Shown here piece by piece: positions 11,007 through 21,654 of a stretch of DNA of 42,102 nucleotides. The stretch lies in assembly GCA_001724265.1 (NCBI GenBank), contig MEDY01000270.1, positions 1-42,102 on the forward strand, given 5' to 3'. The DNA is from Rhizaria sp. SCN 62-66. Lineage: Eukaryota. How positions within the stretch are numbered: position 1 is the stretch's first letter; each line of letters opens with the position of its first letter. The notes under the pieces were generated by a model. It was given only the letters and a program-made list of their open reading frames with translations, searched no databases and was not told the origin of the DNA. Both the position numbers and the translations under genes were made by a program.

Positions 11007-13685
11007 TCACGCCTTCTGATAGAGCCCGCTGCCGCCCGCGACGGGCGCACGGTCCCTGTACGAGCCCGTGCCAGTGACGCTGAGCCCACCATCGTTGTTG
11101 TTGTTGTTGTTGTTGTTGCTGTTGTTGTTGCTGTTGTTGTTGTTGCCGCGGAGTGTGTTGTAGCCTTGCTGGCGCTGGCCATAGCCGTGCTGCGGCTGCT
11201 GCTGCGGGCTGCCAACGAGCCCGGCTAGCGACGGCAGCGACCCGCCACCGCCACCGCGACCAGTGCCACTCAGCGAACTGCTGCTGTTGTTGTTGCTGCT
11301 GTTGCTGTTGTTGGAGAGCGAGGTCTGCCGCAGCCGCATCGCAAGCGCGGTCAAAGACAGCGCGCCGCTAGCGCCCGCGCCACCTTGCTGCGACTGCGCC
11401 TGGCTGCCGTGACCGGCGCCGGCCTGCTTGCCCTGGCCGTACGGGGACTGATACCGCGCGCTCACATTGCCGCCGCCGCCGCCAGTATGATGCTGTTGCT
11501 GTTGCTGTTGTTGCTGAGCGCGCGCCAGGCCCATGAGCGCGGAGACAGAGGTCGAGGCTGCGAGACCCCCACTGCTCGCGCCGGCACCGCCCGCGCCAGT
11601 GACACCGGCGGCATTGTTGCCGCCGCCGTGACCGGTAGCGATGCGCGGCACGGCGACGGCGCCCGAGGACGTGGCCGTGGCAATGGGCAGGCCCTGGAGC
11701 GACGGCAGTGCGCCCGCGCCCGTGCCATTGACGCCCGCGAGTCCAGGAATGCTGATGCCACCGACGGAGTGCTTGCGGAGCGCGGCGGCGGCGCCCGCTG
11801 CGTTTAGCCCCGGTCCAGCACCGATGGGGCCCGTGAGACCGACGAACGAGCCGCCGTTGGCTTGCGCGTACGCCAAAGCCAGCAGAGACGACGTCGAGGA
11901 CGAGGACGCGGAGGACGAGGACCCGTACAGCCCACCGCCGCCGCCACTGGCGCCGTTGCCGTTCGCGGCGTTGTTGGGGTGGCTGCCGAGCGAGGACGAC
12001 GACGGGGACGGGGACAGCCCCAGCCCCAGGTAATGCGGCGGCGCGACGGCCGCCGTGGGGCTCGCTCCGCCCGCGGCACCGCCGGTGCCACCAAGACTCA
12101 TGTTGCTGCTGTTGTTGCCGCCGTTCGCGCCGTTTGTGGCGAGGTTGTGTGAGGCGCGGAGCGAGTCCCGGCGGCCGCGCGCGGCGGCGGCGGCGGCAGT
12201 GGCGGCGGCCACCGCGGCCGCAGTCGCCGCCGCGCCCGCTGAGTCTGACATCCCACCGCTCGCGTTGGTAGTAGCGCCATTGTTGCTGTTGTTAGCAAGG
12301 GGGTCAACGGATTTGCGACGGGGACGGGACAGACTGGCGCCGGCAGGCACGCGCGGTCCCCCCTCGTTTCCACCGCCGTCTTCGTTGTTGTTGCTGTCGT
12401 TAATTGTGGTGCCCGTGGCCGTGGCGGCGGCGGCGGCCAGGACGGCCTTGCGGGCAGCCACGGCCGCCGCGGCCTTGGACTCGCGCGTCTGCCTCCTGCC
12501 GCCAGCAGCAGCGCCAGCAGCAGCAGCGGCGGCGTTGCTGACAGCGTTGGCATTCACATTCGCGTTGGTGCTGCTGCTGTTCGCACTGGCGCTCAACGCG
12601 GCTGCGGCTGCGGCAGCTGCGGCAGAGGGCGCGACGTTCTTGCTCGGCGACGCAGCTGCATTGCCAGCGCCGCTCGCGCCGGTCGTGACAGATGCAGCAC
12701 CATTGCCAGGCGCGTTGGCGGCGGTGGCGCCGGCGCCGGCGCCAGTGCCACCGCCGGTTTGCGCCGTGGCGGCGACGGCGGCGCCGACGCCCTTGGCCCG
12801 CGTCTCGGCCTCGCGCAAGTCCTTGAAGTAGGCGTGCTTGAGCGCCTGCTTGGCCGTGATACGTTTCTCGGGATCGTACGCCAGCAGCTTCTCGAGCAGG
12901 TCGAGGCAGTCCGGCGTGGCGTGCGGCAGCAAGGGCGCGATGCCGGTGCCCTTGCGCGGGGCCAGGTTGAGCGACTTGAGGTGCGGCGAGTGGCGCTTGA
13001 GGGACTCGAGCAGATGCGGCGGCGGAGTGCCCATAACGGCGTGAATCTTCTCGATCTGATCAGGCTCATTAGTGCCGGGAAACAGTGGGGATAGAGCCAT
13101 GACTTCGAAAAAGACGCAGCCGACACCCCAGATGTCCATTTTGTGGTCGTACATGCCCGATGTGAGCAGGCACTCGGGGGCGCGGTACCAGCGCGTCGAG
13201 ATGTACTCCGTGTACGGTTGTTTGGTGTAGATGCCGCGGCACGAGCCGAAGTCGGCGACTTTGAGCTCGTCGCCGAGTAGGAGCACGTTCTCGGGCTTGA
13301 TGTCGCGGTGGAAGATGCCGTGCTTGTGCATGTGCGCGATGGCCTTGAGGAGTTGGTACATGAGCAGCTTCACCTTCGCAGGGCGCAGATACTGCTTGCG
13401 GCCGCGGATCAGCTCGTAGATGTTGCACTCCATGAGCTCGAACACAAGCGCGAGGCGGCCCGTCTGCTTGTCGAACAAAACCTCCTGCAAGTCGATGATG
13501 TTCGGGTGCGGGTTCAGCCGGCGCAGGGCCTGGACTTCGCGCAGCGCGTTGACTTGCTCCGTTGACTTAAAGTGCGATTTCATGCATTTGACGGCTGAGA
13601 ACTGGCCCGTCACCACCGACTGCGCTTTGAGGACCTCGGAGAAGGTGCCCTCGCCCTTCTTCGCCACCAGGCGGTACTGGTTCAT
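11007..13685 (-). CDS. MOK: MAPK/MAK/MRK overlapping kinase (MOK/LF4-like) with a long low-complexity tail
   Basis: Single coding exon. KKGEGTFSEVLK, HRDIKPEN, DFGSC and YTEYISTRWYRAPECLLT are typical of MOK. About 600 aa of Ala/Gly/Ser/Asn/Gln-rich tail. Confidence 0.92.
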   Translation of the reverse strand: MNQYRLVAKKGEGTFSEVLKAQSVVTGQFSAVKCMKSHFKSTEQVNALREVQALRRLNPHPNIIDLQEVLFDKQTGRLALVFELMECNIYELIRGRKQYLRPAKVKLLMYQLLKAIAHMHKHGIFHRDIKPENVLLLGDELKVADFGSCRGIYTKQPYTEYISTRWYRAPECLLTSGMYDHKMDIWGVGCVFFEVMALSPLFPGTNEPDQIEKIHAVMGTPPPHLLESLKRHSPHLKSLNLAPRKGTGIAPLLPHATPDCLDLLEKLLAYDPEKRITAKQALKHAYFKDLREAETRAKGVGAAVAATAQTGGGTGAGAGATAANAPGNGAASVTTGASGAGNAAASPSKNVAPSAAAAAAAAALSASANSSSTNANVNANAVSNAAAAAAGAAAGGRRQTRESKAAAAVAARKAVLAAAAATATGTTINDSNNNEDGGGNEGGPRVPAGASLSRPRRKSVDPLANNSNNGATTNASGGMSDSAGAAATAAAVAAATAAAAAARGRRDSLRASHNLATNGANGGNNSSNMSLGGTGGAAGGASPTAAVAPPHYLGLGLSPSPSSSSLGSHPNNAANGNGASGGGGGLYGSSSSASSSSTSSLLALAYAQANGGSFVGLTGPIGAGPGLNAAGAAAALRKHSVGGISIPGLAGVNGTGAGALPSLQGLPIATATSSGAVAVPRIATGHGGGNNAAGVTGAGGAGASSGGLAASTSVSALMGLARAQQQQQQQQHHTGGGGGNVSARYQSPYGQGKQAGAGHGSQAQSQQGGAGASGALSLTALAMRLRQTSLSNNSNSSNNNSSSSLSGTGRGGGGGSLPSLAGLVGSPQQQPQHGYGQRQQGYNTLRGNNNNSNNNSNNNNNNNNDGGLSVTGTGSYRDRAPVAGGSGLYQKA
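11094..11144. repeat. Coding (AAC)n triplet repeat giving poly-Asn in the MOK tail
   Basis: (GTT)n on the + strand; translates as NNNNSNNNSNNNNNNNN. Confidence 0.9.
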
Positions 13686-14648
13686 CGTGTGCGCGCCAGT
13701 GCGGGGCCGATGGGCAGAGCGGGGGAGTGCGGAAGGCTCCGGAGAGCGGGCGCGTGGGGCGTTGAAGGACCTGGAAGCGCTTAGTTAGTCCTGACGCGGA
13801 CGCGGGCTGCGAGAGGGCCGGAGAAAGGGGAGAGCGCGGGCGCGGGCGCGGCGGATTGGCCTGGGCGCCGCAGCGCGCGGAGGGGGAGCGGGGGAAAAGC
13901 GCCGGACGGGCGGTGGGAGTCGCTGGGAGAGACCTGAACACGCAGAGGCGCTTACTCAAGCTGCCTGACGGTCTGGGAGGGTTTGCAGCAGAGAAGCTCT
14001 GACGCTGCTGGGAACGCAGAGAAGACGAGGGTGAAAACAAGACAAAAGTATGAGCGAAAAACCACACCGGGTCGCACAAATACACTGTGGATATGGTACA
14101 CGGTGATACAGGACAAAGCTAGAGCGAAGGGATTGTGGTGGAACCACGAAACTCATCCTGGGGTCGTCCTCCTCGCGATGAGTCGACTTTATACCAAACA
14201 TAGACCACATGGTACAATGCTGAATAAAAAGACAACGAATCACGGAGAGATATAGCTCATACTACAATTTGACAGCAGACCACGAAGATATGACGGCGAA
14301 TTTGGCTAAATCAGACGAGCAGTTACTCCCGCCTCCGAAAATGCTTCTTTTCCTTGCTTTCGGCCCTTTTTCACGAACCAGACCAGGCCCAGACGGCGTG
14401 GTTTGGCGCAGCTATTTGCACCACGCATATCTCGTTATTACATCGTCAGTTCACTATCTAGCACGCTTATTGCAACTGTTGGTGGGCGTTTCTATTAGTT
14501 TTATCTATGCTGTCTAAACAGACAAGACTCATGTCTTGTTTCTCAGCACGCCCTTGCATTCCCGTCGTCCTTCTGTGTTCGCCAAGCTCACATGTTGCCC
14601 CTGTTTTCAACTCTGCCACCACCCCCTTGTTCCACCAGCGTTTCTCCG

Positions 14649-15242
14649 ATGTCGGACGACACGACGACCAAGTTCGAGTACAGCGTGGGCAAGAACGAGT
14701 TCGACCGCAACAACCCGATGTACCAGATGGAGAACGCGTGCCCCGAGGAGCGCGCCCAGTACCAACACTGCGTCGATAACTTCTACGCCCTCAACATCAA
14801 CGTCCGCCTCACCTCGCCCGGTACGCACAACCTCTATCCAACTCACCGCTGTCGATATGGAGATTATACATGGCTTGCTATCGTCGCTTCTGTCACGCTT
14901 TGGATTGCTAACGCTTCATGTCGTCGCAACGCTTTGCTTCGACCTTCATTCATTGTTTCGCTTCACCCACTCATACAAACTCTGTCCTGTCTCTCTCTTG
15001 CTCTGTTTTCTTACATTCTGCTGTTATATTTTTGTTTCCCGCCCGCAGGCCGCTACCAACGCTCGTGCAAAGAGGAGTACGGCACGTTCAAGTCGTGCCT
15101 GTTGATCCACATGGAGCATTGGGCCAAGTCACGCCAGAACCAGTACTCCGGGCTCTATGACGCCGAGAAGAAGCCGCAGAAGACGGCCGCGGAGCTCCGC
15201 GAGGACGTCCTTAAGTCCCATTCCGGCCCCTCCTCCCTCTAA
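14649..15242 (+). CDS. Small twin-CX9C mitochondrial intermembrane-space protein, Mdm35/TRIAP1-like
   Basis: Exons 14649-14820 and 15049-15242; intron GTACGC...CAG. Two CX9C motifs: CPEERAQYQHC and CKEEYGTFKSC. Aromatic pattern resembles Mdm35; subfamily not certain. Confidence 0.65.
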   Translation: MSDDTTTKFEYSVGKNEFDRNNPMYQMENACPEERAQYQHCVDNFYALNINVRLTSPGTHNLYPTHRCRYGDYTWLAIVASVTLWIANASCRRNALLRPSFIVSLHPLIQTLSCLSLALFSYILLLYFCFPPAGRYQRSCKEEYGTFKSCLLIHMEHWAKSRQNQYSGLYDAEKKPQKTAAELREDVLKSHSGPSSL

Positions 15243-15842
15243 GTGCGCCGTCGGCGGCGTACTTACATCTGGCAAGGAGCCAACGATGGTTATGGTGCAG
15301 TGAAGCTGTCGCCTTTGCTGTTGCATTGCAGTTAAGGTCTCACTTGGTCCCCTGGCGTGGCAAGAGGTGGGAATTGGCCCCTATGGGCCCCCAATTTCCG
15401 TGTGACGCCATCTAAACACAATTGTGACTCGCAATCGCACGAGGAAAACAGTTAATTGTAGTTAATTATAGTAACCACAGCACGAAATCACATTCAAGCC
15501 CTACACAGTAAACCCAAAAGTACAAACAAAAGCTGCTGAGGCGAGAAAACAGTGACCGATCACAGTTATAGCGAGCGATTTAACAACGCGAAGAGGGACT
15601 AAAGATACTCACGAGCTGTATTGTTCATTGTTCGTTGTTCGTTGCCAACGCTAGTTTGGTCTTGGCCCGGCTGAGTGTTTCAGTTGGGCTAAGTATCAGT
15701 ACGCAAAGCAACGGTTGGTTCTTTCCTTCTTTCTTTTAAAACAAAACAAAACAACAAAACATGCATTTTCTTTCTTTACCTATAATAATATTACTCTTAA
15801 TAATACACAACATAGTATGAATTCACACACTCGCCGCAGACT

Positions 15843-17097
15843 TCAAACACCATCCGTCATCGCCGCCACCGCAGCAGGAGCAGCAGCCTCACCACCACCA
15901 GCAGCGACGACAACATCAGCGTCGGTCACCGCAGCGGGCGCCGTAGTGCCGGCGGCGACAGTGCCAGCGCCAGAGGGCGTCACAGCAGTTGGGGCGATGA
16001 CCTTCCTGACCTTTTTCATCGCAGTGAGCGTCGTCACCCCCCCCGGCGCAGGCGCAACAACAACAGGCGCGGTCGCAGGCGCATTCGCGGGCGCAGGCGC
16101 GGTGGCCGAGGTCGCGGCGGCAGCAGCAGCAGCAGCGGCGGCGGCGGCGGCAGCGGCGGCAGCAGCCTTCTTGCCTGCCGCCGCGCCGGCCCCTCCGCCG
16201 CGCCCGCCCTTGCGCTGCGCAGGTGCGCCGACGAGCGGGTTGAACAGCAGTGCCGCGCTCCTTGCCGCCGCCGCTGCCGCCGTCGTCGCCCGCCCGCCCG
16301 CGCCACCGCCCGCGCCCGCCGCAGCGCCGGCGCTTGCGGGGGCGTGGGCGGTGAGGAGGATCCCTCCGAACGCCGCGAGCGGCCACTGGGGCGCGTCCGG
16401 GTTGACCGCGAGCGCGTGTGTGGTCTGCAGCGCGGCGAGCTCGGCGGCGCCGCGGCACTGCCACCAGCCCGGCACGGGACCGAAGACGCGCGGGACAGCG
16501 CTGGCGCCGGCGGCCGCGGCGCTGCCTGCGTCGGCGTCGTCGGCCGAAGGCAGCAGAAACGTGTTGTCGTTGAGGAACTGCCCACCCGTGGCGGCGTCGG
16601 CGTCGTCGTCGTCGTCCTCTTCGTCGTCGTCGCTGTCGCCGTCACTGCCGCTCACGCCGCCGTCTTCTTCCCACTCGCCGTCCGACTCGACGGTGTAGTC
16701 CAGCAGCCCGCACGCCGAGAGAGGGCGGCGGGAGAGCGCGCGCGACACGAAAGCCGTCAGACGCAGCATCGGTGGGATTGAAAGCACCGCGCTGCGCGGC
16801 GCTGCTGCTGTTGCTGTTGTTGTTGGTGCCGCTCCCGAAGTTAAGCCGCCGCGAGTGCGCGACTGGCGCTCAATCGCGCGACGCGGCTTAGCTTCGAGCA
16901 GCGGCTTGGCTTCGCGGCGCGCGTCGACGGCGAGCAGCGCGCGCGCGGCGGCCTTGATGACGCTCTCTGCAACGGGGCTCGCGCCGGGGTTGCCGAGCGC
17001 GGGGAACCGGCCGTACCAGGGGGGACGGTTCGCGTGCACCGAAGGGAACTGGACGAGTTTGCGCACGAGAGGAGCGACGACAGACGAGGCGCTATTA

Positions 17098-17132
<35 letters not shown>

Positions 17133-20100
17133 TTGCTTCTGAGAAGAACCGCCGATGGTGACGCCGCCATCGCTCTTGTTTTCACTGCTGCTGCTGTTGT
17201 TGTTGTTGTTGTCATCATCATCGTCGTCACCGATCACGGTCACCGAGTCGCCATGGCCGTTGACTGGAAGACCCTGCTTCTGCGTCTGCTTCTGCGCCTC
17301 AGACTGTGCGTTCTTGGGTAGCTGGAGCGTTTTGTGGTGATAAGCAAGCGTGCCGAGTGTGTCGTCCGTCCACGTGACGCCGCCGACGGTCACCGGACCC
17401 AGCGCGCTGGCCGCAGCCGCGCACGCCGCCACCAGTCCCTCCAGGCCCTCCTCCGCACCCTCACCGCTCTCCCCACAAGCACTCGCGCTGCTGCTCGAAT
17501 TCGCGCTCGAACTGGTGGTGTTGAGTGTCTGGCCGTTGGCGCCGAGCGTGGTGACAACCTGTCGCGGCTGCCCGCCCGCCTTGCCTCCTTCGCCGGCCTT
17601 CTTCGAGTCAAACACCAGCGCCACGAACGACCGCCGCGCGGCGCCGTCGCCGCCGTCGCCGGCCGCGCCGGCCGCGGGCGCCGCGCGCGCCTCTGCGGCG
17701 GCGGCCGACGCGGCGGCGACGTAGATGCCCGCGCGGCGGCGGCGGCGGACGAGCGCGCGCGCCTGGGCCGCGCCCTTGCCGCGCGTGTAGGCGGCGACGA
17801 AGGCGCGGGCGGCGTCAGCGTCAACAGCGTCGACGACGACGACGGCGGGGGGCTCGGTGCGCACGCGGTCAGAGCTGCTGGAGCTGCTGCTTGAGCTATC
17901 GCTGTCTGTCATCGCGCTGGCTGCAGTCGCAGGCGCAGCGCCAGAAGAAGAGGGACGCCAGTCGGGTGGCAGCTGCGGTCGGGGCATGTAGCCAGCAGCG
18001 TTGGCGGCGGCGGCGGCGGTGGCAGCGGCGGTGGCGGCCGCGTTGCTGACGGGGTGGCCGGGGAGCGGCGCCATCGTACAGTGCGCAGGGATGTAGTACG
18101 CGCGGAATCGGCCAGCGCTGGCGGCGCCGGCGCCGGTGAGCCTGCGCCCTGCGCTGCCGCTGCTGCCGCTGCCGCCGACACTGGAGCCGGTGAGTCTGCT
18201 GGGCGTGCCCGGTGCGTTCGCACAGTGAGCAGTGGCGTTGTTGTTGGCGTTTGTGGTGAGCCCGAAGGCGGCGATCACGCTGCCCATGCTGCCCGCATTA
18301 GACCCCGAGACAGACCCCGAGCCAGAACCTGAGCCGGAGGCGGTGGCCGATGTGGCAGGAAAGAGGCCGCCCAGCACGACGGCAGCGCCTGTGCCCCCGA
18401 CGACGGCAACGACACCAGAGTCGCGGCTGGGGGAGCTCGCGCTCGCGGTACTGGCGTCTGTCGCGGCGTTCGCGGCGGCGGCAGGGGCGGCGGCGGACTG
18501 GGAAATGAAGCGAGCCATGAAGGAGTTGGAGATAGCGGCTTTCTTTTTCTTCTCAGCGTCTTCGGCGGCCTTCTTGTCCTCAGCCGCCTTGGCCTCGGCC
18601 GCGGCGCGCTTCTCTGCCTCCTTGGTCTCCCTCTCGCGCTTGCGCTCCTTTTCCTTTTCTTCCTTCTCCTTCTCCCTGCGCAAGTTTAGCACAATCACAA
18701 CAACAAAACAAAAGTATAGATGAGTGAACAACAATATGTTAGATTTCTAATACATACATCATTACCAGCAAAAAATTACAACCCGATATAGTTAGACTCA
18801 TTAATTTAGTGTGGAGCAATAAAATCTTTCTTACGTTACGTACTTTGCTTCCGCGGCAGCCTTGCGCTCGCCCTCCTTCTCCTCCTTGTCCTTGGCCTTG
18901 GCGGCGGCCTCCTTGGCCTTGGCCTCCTCCTTAGCGGCCTTCTGCCGCGCCTCGCCTTGCTCCCGCACGGCCTTACCGATTTTCTCCTCGAGAGCAGCTA
19001 GCTTGATCAGCTCATCGTTGCTGCCTGCGCCCGCGGTTGAGCCTGAGTACTTGCACGCGGCATCGACCAGCGCCCTGCGCGCGCGCACGAGCGTCTCGAA
19101 CCCCTTCCTGGCGCGGCGCACGGCCTGCACAGCGGCCTTAAGCGTGGCGGGGAAGAGCTCGACGGCGCTCGGGGCCGCCTCCCACACCCACCACAGCTCG
19201 GGGGTCGTGTCCACGGACTTGACCGCCGTGCGCGGGGGCTGGAGCCCGCAGGGGCGCCGCTCGGCCACGGTCTGGATGCCGGCTTCGAGTGACGCCAGCA
19301 CAGCGGCAGCGCTCGCAGCGTCCGCGTCGCTCATAATACTTGCACTCGCACCGCTCGCACTGTTGTTGGCGGCGTTGTTGTCTGCGAGGGTGGAAGGGTG
19401 GTTGGGCAGGAGCAGGGAGCGGACGTAGAGCGCAAGCGGGCGCAGCGGCAGCGCGGAGCACTGCACGAGTCGCACCAACAGCTGGTGGTGGCGTGGCGGA
19501 AACGGCAGCGTGGGGTCCAAAGCAGGCTCAAACTCACTAGCACCGCTCGCACTCGCACTGAAATTAGCGTCGCTGTCACCAGCGCTGCCACTAGCATGCG
19601 TTGCCGCTGCGTTCGCGGCGCTGGACGGCAGGGCGAGTGTGCCAGCGACGTGGTTGTGGTAGGCCTCGAGCAGCGTCATCGTCTCGGGGTGGGTCAGAAA
19701 CGACGCCGTCTGCGCCATCAAACCCACGGGGCGCGGCACAGGGGCCGCCGGCTCCTCGCCCGCCGCAAGAGCAGCAGCAGCCCCGGTTACGGGGCCCGCG
19801 CTGGCGCTCACAGTGGCGGGGTTCGTCGATGAGGAGGAGAAATCGGTGAGGTAGCAGCGCGGGCCGTGGTAGAGTGCGGTGTCGAGCTCAGACTGGCACA
19901 GCGCAACCTTGGCGGCCCACTCGGCCGGCAGCGCGGGACTGGGGCCCGTCGCGGGGACCGGGGACGGCGCTGCCGCAGCAGAGCTGGAGGCTGCAGTGGA
20001 GGCGCGGGCGCCGCGAGGCTTCTTCGGGGTCGCGGCGGGCAGGCCGCCGTCCGCGGCACCGTCAAGGCTGGGGACGGCGGGGGACGGGCCCGTTGCGGAA

Positions 20101-20381
20101 ACGGGGGCGCGTTTGCGGGTAGCGCGTTCGGGGGTGATGGTGGGAACACCGGGGGGCGCGGGGGAGGCGGTGGCAGAGGAGTCGCCAGCGGCGGCGGTGG
20201 CGGGCCCCGGTGAAGGGAGGATCTGGACGTCCTAATCCTCCGACTTTTCGTCAGTCATGACGCTGCCAACCACGCTGGAGGAGACATTAGGGGTACTCAC
20301 GTCGCCAGGGGGAGGGCTGACATGGGTTGAAGTCGGGGAGGCACTCAGCTCCGCAGGCGGATCCGAGACGGGATCAGACAT
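15843..20381 (-). CDS. CHAF1A: Chromatin assembly factor 1 large subunit (p150/Cac1/FAS1)
   Basis: K/E/R-rich coiled coil spans intron 18843-18676, followed by a PIP-like SFMARFI, then KLVQF..NRPPWYG and DYTVESDGEWEE plus an acidic tract. The frame runs upstream to ATG 20381 but has a TAG at 20234-20232 (see findings), so the 5' model is uncertain. Confidence 0.85.
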
Positions 20382-20553
20382 GCCCCTCGTCTTTGATGCG
20401 AGGTTACACAGAAAAATAGCAAGGTAAGGCAGCGTGCTTAGTAGAAATTATTCAATGAGGTATTATTAAATATAACATACAACTTGTGCTATGAATATTT
20501 AGTCTTATACACTGAAGTACCACGGAGATATCTTGCGAAAATCCAAGCCCCAC

Positions 20554-20567
20554 TTTTGGCGCGGAAA
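20554..20567. promoter_or_regulatory. E2F-type site upstream of CHAF1A
   Basis: TTTTGGCGCGGAAA contains TTTGGCGC (E2F consensus TTTSSCGC), about 175 bp upstream of the putative ATG. Confidence 0.5.
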
Positions 20568-20850
20568 CCCGTTGCCGCTTTGCCGCTGCCGCCCGTCGCA
20601 GCGCCTGCCGTCGCTTTTGCTCTCTCAAAGCTCAGTCAAGAGCTGCATAGCCCACAGCTCACATCACAACCACTTGCATACAGATGAACTAACCAATAAT
20701 TTGTATTAGAAACACATTAATGTCAAATTTCACGATTGAATGAACAAACTATATAGACATAGACATACATATCACAACTGAAGTGCGCTCGTGACAGGCT
20801 GGCTTCAGCTGCAGCGCGCTATCATTACAATTCGTAACTGATCGCATAAA

Positions 20851-21621
20851 TTAAAACGCGAACATCGGCGGGTTGATCTCGCCGTTCACCACAAACGCCA
20901 ACTGCTGCAGCGCCTTCTCGCTCTTACTCTCCACAGTCGCAGTCGACGTCGCTGTCGCAGTGGCCTGACCGCTGCTCTCGGTCACCCCAGCCTCAGCCTC
21001 AGCCTCAGCCTCCGCAGCCGCTGCGGCGACAACGGCCTTGGCGCACGCAGCAACACGCGAAAGCAGCGACACGCCCACGGGCCCCGGCGCCTCAGCCGCC
21101 AGCCCGGCGCCGGGCACCGCGCTGCCCACGGTCACCCAGTCCCTCGGCAGCGCGGCGGCCAGCGCGGCGCAGTGCGCGACTGCGACCGTGCGCACATAAC
21201 CCGCGTCCGTGGCCCAGGCCGCGGCCTCGGCGCGGAGCACGCCCTCGGTCGCGTCGGCCGCCAGCCACACCAACGGCGTGCTCGCGTGCGTCGACACTGC
21301 GACGGAACTACTTTGACTGGCGCTGGCGCTTTGTTGACTCGGGTTCTGGCTGGCGTTATGACTTGCGTTTTTGCGAGCCACGCGAAGTGCGCGGAGGTGC
21401 GCAGTCGCGGCGCTGAGAAACGGCAGCACGACTTGGCGCAGCAGCGTCATCGCGAGCAACTGCGCCGTCCTATGGGCGTGGCCACTGTACACCGCAGCAG
21501 CTGCAGCTGTGGCGGCGCTTGGACCGACTGTGAGGACGGCTTCGGCGGCGCGGGCGGCAGTGAACCGCAGCTCAGCCGCAACCGCCACAGCCGCAGTTTC
21601 AGTCGCACTCGTAGTCGCAGA

Positions 21622-21654
<33 letters not shown>

